From positions 32,001-96,000 of the IMG/VR virus record IMGVR_UViG_3300016469_000277: a stretch of 64,000 nt of DNA, one strand, 5' to 3'. The translations under genes were made by a program, and so were the position numbers. Below are positions 40,988 through 48,957 of this stretch, piece after piece (position 1 is the stretch's first letter; every line of letters starts with the position of its first letter). The DNA comes from a virus. The notes below the pieces were generated by a model. It was not told the origin of the DNA and ran no database searches. It was given only the letters and a program-made list of their open reading frames with translations.

Positions 40988-41119
40988 TAGTCAGGACAGG
41001 ATTCGAACCTGTATGATGTACTGCTTCACTTCCAAAACGGTTGATTCCCTTGTATGGACGCATCGACACATCTCCTATTTAATCTTATAGTAGCGTCTAA
41101 CCAATTCCGCCACCTGACT
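40988..41119 (-). ncRNA. tRNA-like RNA B (Leu-type D/T arms, non-canonical 80-nt centre)
   Basis: Acceptor AGTCAGG/CCTGACT+A; D and T arms identical to RNA A. Confidence 0.8.
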
Positions 41120-41292
41120 ATGTTTGCCTTTTAAAGTAGTTTAAACGACGTCAAAGTATTTGCAAAGGCTAACTAATACTTCTATCTCCTATACGATGAG
41201 AACGGACTTAATCCGTGTTTTACGATCCTCTGGCCTAGAGGCTAGTTTCTTCTCTAAAGCAGCCTTTGCAAAGATAATAAAGTTTAGAAAAT

Positions 41293-41691
41293 TTACCAAA
41301 TAAGATGCTTAACTATTTCTAGTACTTCTTCGTTAGGGATAGTTTGACAACCTACTTGAATTTTTCCTTTTTTGAAGGTTACTGTATAATCTCCTACGTT
41401 AACAATTGGAGGGGCTTTAAAAGAAGGATCTAACTCAAGAGAAATAATCTCTACTTTATTTTCTGTTAAGTTTACTGAGTTTCCCTTTCTAATACTCCAA
41501 GAATAATCAAATCCTAATTTGTCATAACAGAGAGCTCCATTTTTTACGTTTTGACAAAGATAAATGTCTCCATCTTCTTTTTGGATTCTTCCTTCACACT
41601 CAACTTCTTCAATCTTAGCTTTGAATTTAGTACCTACTGGTACATTATCCCAATCAGGGATTAATACGGTTTTAAATAAGTTATTTTCCAT
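41293..41691 (-). CDS. hypothetical protein
   Basis: 132-aa ORF, IQVGCQTI C-terminal motif. Confidence 0.7.
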   Translation of the reverse strand: MENNLFKTVLIPDWDNVPVGTKFKAKIEEVECEGRIQKEDGDIYLCQNVKNGALCYDKLGFDYSWSIRKGNSVNLTENKVEIISLELDPSFKAPPIVNVGDYTVTFKKGKIQVGCQTIPNEEVLEIVKHLIW

Positions 41692-41713
41692 GGTTTTTTA
41701 GTTTAATTTTTAG

Positions 41714-41789
41714 TAGCCGGAAGGGGAATCGAACCACCTATCTCCAAGATGAAATCTTGTTGTCCTAAAATCCATTAGACGATCCGGCC
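41714..41789 (-). tRNA. tRNA-Glu(TTC), atypical
   Basis: GGCCGGA/TCCGGCT acceptor; GTCTAATGG...AGGAC; loop AT-TTC-AT; TTCGATT T-loop; mismatches in anticodon and T stems. Confidence 0.7.
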
Positions 41790-41800
41790 ATTTTACCAAA

Positions 41801-43425
41801 TTAGAAACAGCGAAAACCGCCCAAAGTAAAAGAGTCAGTAAGTTTCTTTACAGAAGCTTTAGCTTTGTTAGCAATTACTCCTTCGCTTTCTCTTTTCTCT
41901 ACTGTAGTAGTAGATTTCTGTGTTTGATACGTTGTCTTTTTCATAGTTTTTATAGTTTAGTTTTTCTTTTTCTTGATTTACGAACATCAACAGGTTTAGC
42001 CTCAAGACAAAACCCTAAAATAAAAGCAGAAAGAATTAGGATTACGTAAGTCATAATCCTAATTCCTCGTACTCGTTAAATTCAATGTCTCTAATATCTG
42101 CTTCTAGGAAACATTTTTCAATATTTCCCATTACAGAATTAGATGGACTTGGTTTACCCTCGTTAAGTAACGATTCGTAGTGACTAATAATTTTAGAAAC
42201 ACTAACCCCATTGCGAACTGTGCCGTCAATGAGATTAGTGAATCTAATTTTAGTTTTTTCAAGAGCTTCAGTCTTTGTCATTTGGTTCCTCCTCGCAAAG
42301 ATTATCTTTAGCAAACTCATATTCTTCCATAACAGATTTAAAGCGATAATTTCTGCCAAATCTTTCTTTACGGTCATTATCCCAGTAATAATCAATAGCA
42401 AGAATCTTATCAAGCAAACTCAAATGATAAATTTGTGATCCTTCTAACTTTTTTATTTCTATAAAAGGAGGACCATAAGTAAACATACCTGTTTGTGCTT
42501 GGTCAATACGAACTTCATAACCTTGCGACAAAGACTCTATTATTTCGTCTTTAAGCAATAGAAAGTATTTACGATATTCATCTTCATAACTTTCTTTTAG
42601 TTCATAAAACATACTTTCTATTGCTTCTTCTTGTAATTTATAAAGAATGTTACGATCTTTAGAAAGTAAATCAGCAACAGAAGTGTAAACTTTAGGATTA
42701 CTACTGAATTGACTATCCACTAAAAAGTATATTTTAGCACTGATTGGATAACTTTCTTCTGTAGAGTAATCATATTCACTTCCTTCATAAGTATAGATAC
42801 CAAGCTCAAAACTTTTATCAATTGAGCTATTAAATGTACTGTCAGTTAGTTCAATAGTATCAATATACTTAATGTCGTGATCGGGATAAGCAAGTATTTT
42901 TGCTTTTTCTTGTTCAATCTCTTCATACCTAGGACTACCTGGTTTGTAGTCATTTGAAAAAAGACGATGAACTTGTTTTTTTTGATGATACTCTGTTACA
43001 ATTTCTGCAAAAGAGTCAGAAGCTTGTGTAGTTAGGATATTATCCAACACAAAAATGTTTTTTAGTTTTATTTTTCTCATAGTTTTAGTTTAGTTTAAGT
43101 TTAAGAAAAGAGAGCCCTATTACAGGCTCTCATTTACGTCTTCCGCTGTATAATAGTGTTTACCAGAACGCCATTGATACCATTCGTATTCTTCGTAATT
43201 ATAAAATTGTTCATAATCACAAGTAATATCTTCAGGATCTTGAGAATAAAATTCTTCTTTTGTCATACTAGGAACAAAGACTTTATTTTTTTCATTCTCT
43301 TGTTCTACGTAGACTTTAGCATCTTCTTCCCTAGCGAATACTTTGTAGAGATAAACACGATACTCTTCGTAAGGCAGTTCGTTATCATACCATACGAGGT
43401 AGACTTTTTTAACAGTATTTTCCAT
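41801..43425 (-). other. five hypothetical CDSs (41801-41944, 41950-42054, 42051-42281, 42268-43080, 43120-43425)
   Basis: ORF track plus two short ORFs read manually, with A-rich leaders or start/stop overlap. Confidence 0.6.
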
Positions 43426-43450
43426 AGTTTATACTTTTTAGTTTAGTTTA

Positions 43451-43597
43451 AAATTTACCCCTCTGCACTCAGTTGTAACTCCAGGTTTATACCCTGAGAT
43501 TCAGACATTACTACGCTGCAGTCTTTCTCTGCAGATGCTCGTATTCTTATTACAACTGTCAGCCCTTGGGAAGCTGAAGTGGTGCGTTAAAAAATTT
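43451..43597 (-). ncRNA. twister ribozyme 1 (type P1, long P5)
   Basis: U^AA-CGCA-CC...TCAGC-TTCCCAAGG-GCTGA-[P5 CAGTTGTAA/TTACAACTG]-TGCA-GA-GGG; predicted cleavage 43589/43588; one C-A mismatch in P2. Confidence 0.85.
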
Positions 43598-43609
43598 GAA
43601 CCTGTAAAT

Positions 43610-43713
43610 AATAAACAGCAAGGTGTGGACTTTTACCACAGTTAAGGAAGTTTGCAATTCCTTTCACAACCTCATGTTAGGCTTGTACTTCTTGTACACC
43701 CTCGCCATTTATT
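43610..43713 (-). ncRNA. candidate five-way-junction RNA
   Basis: 14-bp closing stem with three G-U pairs enclosing four hairpins. Confidence 0.6.
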
Positions 43714-43717
43714 TTTA

Positions 43718-44592
43718 TTATCCCTCTGCACTCAGTTGTAATAGATAGCCAGTAGTACTACAGTATGGGTTACATACTGTCCATTGCTGATTCCAACGCA
43801 GCATTACCTGAAGTTGGCGGTCACTATCTGTTACAACTGCTCACCCTTGGTGAGTGTGCTGAGGAGTGTAGTACCACTTATATCCATAAGCGGTTTTACT
43901 ACTATCTTTAGCTGCTTTTGACAAGCAGGTAGTTTTATAATTTAATTCTCTTTCTATGTCTTTCATACAAGACCACTCTTTGATAAATAACCCATCAAGA
44001 GTGTATTGGTATAGTTTTTTAGCTTTACCATGTTTAGCTCCAGAAAACATTTGAGAAAGTTTTTTCTTAGTTTCTTCAGTATGCTTAGGTCTATTTCCTC
44101 CTTTATTGAGATTAAGACCTTTGTTTTCATCTTTCCAATAGCATTTATAAAAAGCAATCCAATATTGCTCTCTTTCATCCGCTAAAGTGTCAGAAACCTC
44201 TTCTATTATCTCACACACATGATTCGCAAAACCATATTTTTTCAAAGAGTTATGTAATCTATATTGAGTTCTACAATGTAGAATTTTATATAAATTCATT
44301 CTCTTTTTATAATCCTTTGTTTGCCCAATATATACCTTTCCTGTTGGACTTGTGATTTTGTATATTGTTATCATAATACAAATATACAAAATAATGCACC
44401 ATTTCCCAAGGGCTTAGGAAAATAAATTTCTTTATCACCCTTGGGAAACTGATTAACTAACAATATACAACAGAGGATTTTACAACTGCTGTTATTATTC
44501 TTCATTAATCAGTGTGGTTTCACATCTTGACCCATCAAGCAGGGCAGCGACAAGAAGTCTTTATATCCACGTGAGTTATGGTGCATTAATAA
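43718..44592 (-). ncRNA. twister ribozyme 2, split (5' half 44571-44592, 3' half 43718-43850)
   Basis: TTAT-U^AA-TGCA-CC-ATAA-CTCAC ... CAAGG-GTGAG-P5-TGCA-GAGGG-ATAA, with a ~720-nt insertion in L4. Confidence 0.8.
43841..44374 (-). CDS. GIY-YIG endonuclease with NUMOD-type C-terminus (start revised)
   Basis: TIYKITSPTGKVYIGQT...R...E..WI...GLN; QYTLDG.FIKEW...AYGYKW. Confidence 0.9.
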   Translation of the reverse strand: MITIYKITSPTGKVYIGQTKDYKKRMNLYKILHCRTQYRLHNSLKKYGFANHVCEIIEEVSDTLADEREQYWIAFYKCYWKDENKGLNLNKGGNRPKHTEETKKKLSQMFSGAKHGKAKKLYQYTLDGLFIKEWSCMKDIERELNYKTTCLSKAAKDSSKTAYGYKWYYTPQHTHQG

Positions 44593-44629
44593 ATTGCTAT
44601 TTAACGGATAGCTCCGACAGAATCAGCTT

Positions 44630-45156
44630 TTATGTATAAGCATTAATAAAAGCGTATTGAATAAGTTTAAAGCCTTCAGTTTCTTTCATTTCATCACAAG
44701 GATGAATGTAAGCATAACTTACGTTACTAAAAGCCCCGTGCCACACTGCTTTAACAAAGGCATCTCTACCAAATTCAGCAATGAAAACATTCATGGAGTT
44801 GATTTCTTCAACTGAAACCATTTCTCCTATACCTACTGTAAACATAGTTTTTGATTGAAATTTCGTTTTTTCGCAAAGAAGGTTGTTCTCTCCCTACTAA
44901 GAGAGAGAGAAACAACCAATCTTCAACCTTCGTAACTTTGACTTTCAAATGAATTGAGTTCTGACTCATTTTGTAAATCAATTAGCTGTTGTAGTTTATT
45001 AGCAGGAAAACTAATATAATAATACTCAGCTTCAATTTCTTTTTTTGTTAATGCAACAGCGTATCTTTCAATAACTGTTGTACCTGTAGAGTAATTGATA
45101 AACTCTACTGTAAAAGGATTATATCCTATTACGTTGTGTGAAATATTATTGCTCAT
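44630..45156 (-). other. two small early CDSs (44630-44845, 44923-45156)
   Basis: ORF track, AAACTATG-type starts. Confidence 0.6.
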
Positions 45157-45416
45157 AGTTTATGTTGATTTTTAGTCGTTTTTGTTTGATAGCCAGTTTG
45201 TTCGGAAATTTTTCACTTTTTTCAAAGGCAATTTTTTGAGAATTTTTGTAAGATGAGGAGGTAAAAACCGCCTTTTTTCTACAAATTTACCTATATTTTA
45301 GTAGATAAATCTCGAGTTGTCTCCGAAATTCCCGGGAAAACACCAACTCATCTCATACTTTTACTACAAATAAGAGAAAAAAGCACAAAAAAGGGGGAAA
45401 TTAATCCCCCTTTAAG

Positions 45417-45686
45417 TTAAAAGTTGATACTTTCTAGGACAAAACGCCTGTAAGTTATCTCATTTACTGTTCTTGGTTCTATTTCTCTAATAGTAATTGT
45501 CTCTGCTTGTTTAAGTTGAAACATATCACTAATGGGAAACTGTGCTTTACTGCCAATAATAATCTTTTCGGATTTACCGTCAAAGTCTACTGTGATAGCA
45601 GCGTAGTCACGAACATAGGTGAAACCTTTTACAGGCTTTGTGAAGGTGGCGTTAGCCACGATAGCGGATTTAGTTGTAGTGCTCAT
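45417..45686 (-). CDS. small beta-rich early protein (start revised)
   Basis: Preceded by the candidate phage promoter; followed by a GGGGA/TCCCC terminator. Confidence 0.65.
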   Translation of the reverse strand: MSTTTKSAIVANATFTKPVKGFTYVRDYAAITVDFDGKSEKIIIGSKAQFPISDMFQLKQAETITIREIEPRTVNEITYRRFVLESINF

Positions 45687-45717
45687 TGTATTTAGTTTTA
45701 ATGCCACATTAGGCACT

Positions 45718-45751
45718 ACCAACAAAGGGGCATTCCTAAAAAAATACCCTA
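45718..45751 (-). promoter_or_regulatory. candidate phage-specific early promoter, copy 1
   Basis: TAGGG-N12-AATGCCCCTTTGTTGGT; second copy at 47099-47132. Confidence 0.55.
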
Positions 45752-45791
45752 CTACAACCTAATCTCTATCTAAGATAGACTTAACTTAAAG

Positions 45792-45850
45792 TTCTGTTTC
45801 GACCCTCAATTAGGTCATCATCAGCAGAGAGAATAACTCTCTGGACAGAA
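45792..45850 (-). ncRNA. hammerhead ribozyme 1 (type III)
   Basis: TTCTG-TC^-CAGAGAG/CTCTCTG-CTGATGA-T-GACC/GGTC-GAAA-CAGAA. Confidence 0.9.
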
Positions 45851-45851
45851 A

Positions 45852-45988
45852 TTAAAACAAGCAGTAGATAAACTCTCGAAATATAGTGGCCACTATAAAC
45901 GATACAAAGATATTTACAGATTTCTCAGGTCTGCTTTCTCTTTAACACAATTGAGAATGTGTTCGTACTTCTCTACTACTTGTTTTAA
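45852..45988 (-). ncRNA. candidate structured RNA domain with kissing loops
   Basis: 17-bp closing stem; inner loops TTCTCA and TGAGAA are complementary. Confidence 0.55.
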
Positions 45989-46243
45989 TAGTATATATCA
46001 GGAATATACCAGCACCGCTGTTTTTGCTCGTAGTCTACAGCTTAACCACAAGCCCCTATCCTTTCCCCTATTTACTACATTCGGGAATACTTTCAGGTAA
46101 TTTTTAAAGATTGCATGTTTTTGAATAACGCTTTTGTATTTGGTTAACTCATAAGCGTCGGATAGAAAGCAAAAGAGTTTGGTATGCAGTAATATACCAT
46201 TCTCTCTCTTTACTACAAGGAATGCCTTCCATAGTAGTGCTTT

Positions 46244-46303
46244 TTTCTGTTTCGGGACTCGATTATCCCATCATCAGGTAGAACAAAAGTCCTACGACAG
46301 AAA
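46244..46303 (-). ncRNA. hammerhead ribozyme 2 (type III)
   Basis: TTTCTG-TC^-GTAG/CTAC-CTGATGA-T-GGGA/TCCC-GAAA-CAGAAA. Confidence 0.9.
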
Positions 46304-46309
46304 GGGAGA

Positions 46310-46639
46310 CTAAGCTCCCTGACTTTTAAGTTGGTAGAACGAATGACTTCTATACCTTTCTTCAAGATAGTTAAGTATTCTTTCTAGTATGGGTGCTTCT
46401 TCAGCCCACATATCTGACTTGAGATAGTGGTCACGAAGTTCTTGCGAACCCAAGTCTTTACCACTGGCTATCTGAAAGCCAATAGTATCGAACCAATTAA
46501 ATGCACCTTCTACATAGCCACCACCATATTTGGTTTCGTGAACAGGTACATTAAGCACTTCATTGCAGATATCTTCATCTAATTTGTTGAGAGATACTGC
46601 TTCGTTTGTTTCTTTACTGTATAGTTTAAAGCAAATCAT
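46310..46639 (-). CDS. hypothetical early protein
   Basis: 109-aa ORF ending just before hammerhead 2. Confidence 0.7.
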   Translation of the reverse strand: MICFKLYSKETNEAVSLNKLDEDICNEVLNVPVHETKYGGGYVEGAFNWFDTIGFQIASGKDLGSQELRDHYLKSDMWAEEAPILERILNYLEERYRSHSFYQLKSQGA

Positions 46640-46746
46640 AGTTAAGTTAGTCTTTCAGATTATCCTGCTAACGGACAAGAGCAGTTTTGTTTTGAGAACC
46701 CAACAGAAACGAAACGACGAAAAAGGGGGGTTGCCCCCCCTTGTCG

Positions 46747-47058
46747 TTAGAACATTGTGCTGAAGCGTGGGTAATCGCCCTTGGTTGTGGAGTTGATACC
46801 ACGGAAGATAAGGGTGATTTCCGAATTCTTGAACGAGAGAACTTCAGCAAGTGTGCCGTCAAGTAACGCATTGAAGCGAGTCTTGAATTTGGGACAATCG
46901 ACATAGATGCGACAGATTGGCTTACCATTGATAGGTGCCATAGGCTGCACATTGGTGATTGTGCCGTGGATGCACTCTTCGATGTTGATTTTTGCCAAGT
47001 CTTTGGCTTCAGTTGGTGCTTGCGTAGCAAGGCTTGCGATGTTGAATGTATTTGACAT
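46747..47058 (-). CDS. first early gene, small beta-rich protein (start revised)
   Basis: Higher GC; preceded by the candidate promoter; followed by a GGGGGG/CCCCCC terminator. Confidence 0.65.
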   Translation of the reverse strand: MSNTFNIASLATQAPTEAKDLAKINIEECIHGTITNVQPMAPINGKPICRIYVDCPKFKTRFNALLDGTLAEVLSFKNSEITLIFRGINSTTKGDYPRFSTMF

Positions 47059-47098
47059 ATCTGTATTGTTTAAGGTACGGGGTACTGTCACCCGCGAA

Positions 47099-47132
47099 AC
47101 CAACAAGGGGGCATTGAAATAATAAACCCCTA
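47099..47132 (-). promoter_or_regulatory. candidate phage-specific early promoter, copy 2
   Basis: TAGGG-N12-AATGCCCCCTTGTTGGT. Confidence 0.55.
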
Positions 47133-47307
47133 TTCCCCTATACATACCGGGGGTTTTAAAATTTGAAAAAATTTTAGACTTTAAAACTAGGAGGGGGGGG
47201 GTTCTAAAAAATTAAAAAATTGGGTGGGGGTGTTTTCTCAAGTACCCGTAGTAGAAAAGACTTGTATAAATTTCAAAAAAATCTATCTTTGTGTAAATTG
47301 AGTCAAG

Positions 47308-47940
47308 GTGCAGTTAAATCACAATCTTAAAGGGTATAAGTGTTTAGTAAGGTTAAGTCACTTTACTAAAAGGGAAGAGGATAGGAATACTTTTCATCAG
47401 GGATATATGTTTGCGCTACAGTCTGTCTCTATGAAGATACTTACCTTTCATGTTATGACTGACTACGGCATGCTAAGAAGTAGGGTTCCTTTAAGTGAGA
47501 TCTTTTTCAAAGAACCTCTAGCGGATATTCCTTATTACTTTAAACAGTTGTGGGACTGCTTCTCAGAGAATGTCTCAGTAATCGAGTACGAATTTTTAAA
47601 AGAAAAAAGATGTCAGGTAATTTTAAGAGACGGAAGTAAGGTGTGGGCTACTTACCTTTTTACAGTAGACTGGTACAATAACGGATACTCAGATGAACCT
47701 TCGGATTATAAGTGTGGCCATGTCCTAGTAGCAGATGAAGGTTATTTACTTTGCCAACCAAATAATAGGATATATTGGAGAGACTCTAATTGGGTAACTA
47801 AGCCTTTTCCTATCAATCCAAGAGAATTTAAAGTAGACGAAGAAATTCCTTCTGTTGAAACCGTAGCAGATAGGTGGATAGCTGAAGATACAGATTCTTT
47901 TTACTATAATATAAATGACATAGAAAATACACCAACTTAA
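47308..47940 (+). CDS. conserved phage hypothetical protein
   Basis: QLWDCFS...YLFTVDW...K..H...QPNNRI.W motif set. Confidence 0.75.
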   Translation: MQLNHNLKGYKCLVRLSHFTKREEDRNTFHQGYMFALQSVSMKILTFHVMTDYGMLRSRVPLSEIFFKEPLADIPYYFKQLWDCFSENVSVIEYEFLKEKRCQVILRDGSKVWATYLFTVDWYNNGYSDEPSDYKCGHVLVADEGYLLCQPNNRIYWRDSNWVTKPFPINPREFKVDEEIPSVETVADRWIAEDTDSFYYNINDIENTPT

Positions 47941-47950
47941 ATATATAATT

Positions 47951-48325
47951 ATGTTCACTATAAAAACATACCTTAAAGAATCTCCAGGGAAAGGGCTGGG
48001 AATCTTTGCTAAAAAGTTTATACCAAAGGGCACAGTTATTTGGGAATTTCTAGAAGACTTTGATATTAAAGTTCACAAGGATAAAATCAAAGAACTTAAT
48101 TTAGTTCAGAAAGATTTTATCTTTAAGTACTTTTGGCAAGAGGGGGATTATTATTATTCTTCTTGCGATCATTCTATTTTTCAAAATCACAGCTATGACC
48201 CTAACTCTGTTCCTCAAGGAGACTATATGATAGCTTCTAGAGATATTGAAGCAGACGAAGAAATAACAACTAACTATCAGCACTTTGACGACGGATTCGA
48301 TGCCTATAAAGATATTTTGTTTTAA
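47951..48325 (+). CDS. SET-domain protein
   Basis: GKGLGIFA...I.KG; NHS.DPN; A.RDI...EEITTNY. Confidence 0.9.
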   Translation: MFTIKTYLKESPGKGLGIFAKKFIPKGTVIWEFLEDFDIKVHKDKIKELNLVQKDFIFKYFWQEGDYYYSSCDHSIFQNHSYDPNSVPQGDYMIASRDIEADEEITTNYQHFDDGFDAYKDILF

Positions 48326-48379
48326 AAATTGACTTCCATTTGAGATTAGTTTATATTTGAATTTATATTTGAACTTATA

Positions 48380-48870
48380 ATGACATTTGAAGAATTCCTC
48401 ATAGAAAAAAATATTCCCTTTAAAAAAGAAGGCGACGATATTTGGGTAGAAGATTCAGACCTTATGGGGCATCTTCAAGAAATTACCGAGAAGTTTCCCT
48501 TTGTAGCTTTTGATTTTATAGGAGAAGACGGAGAACTTGACCCTGACTTAGAAATAATCTTCAAAGAAGAATTCACAGAAGAAGATTGGGACGAGTACTG
48601 GGAAGACGATCTTGAAGATTGGGAAGGTAATCTAGATATAGAAAAAGACGAAGAATAATGCATACCATTACAATTGACCTAGAAAAGAAAGAAGTAATCC
48701 TTGACGACATGAATGCTCAAGAGATTAAAGAAATCTTAAACCTATTTTCTAACCTAAAAGAAGTTAAGCTAAGTGTTCGTTCTAAAAAGAAAGAACCCTA
48801 CGTTACAATAGAGTGTTCAGGAACTCAATACTCTAAGAATAGAGATTTAGAAAACAGGGTGCAAATTTAA
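48380..48870 (+). other. two small CDSs (48380-48658 very acidic; 48658-48870)
   Basis: ORF track, TAATG coupling. Confidence 0.65.
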
Positions 48871-48957
48871 AGTTAAGTTTAAAGGTAATAAATCCTAAAG
48901 TTTTCTACAAAGCTTGAAAATGTCAAGATTTTTTCGTAGCTTTGCGGGACTTTATCT

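Noticed and set aside
41714-41789. Reading the anticodon as TCA
   Set aside because: Requires a 5-nt loop; the 7-nt loop gives TTC and the body is Glu-like
43851-44570. Group I intron around the GIY-YIG gene
   Set aside because: No P/Q/R/S elements or IGS found, and no interrupted protein gene
44513-44570. Third hammerhead in the GIY-YIG leader (TTGATGG...GAAAC)
   Set aside because: Core deviates from CUGANGA and no NUH triplet is positioned against GAAA
43451-44592. CRISPR mini-array suggested by repeated CCCTCTGCACTCAGTTGTAA and TTACAACTG
   Set aside because: The repeats are twister ribozyme cores, spacing is irregular, and no cas genes are present
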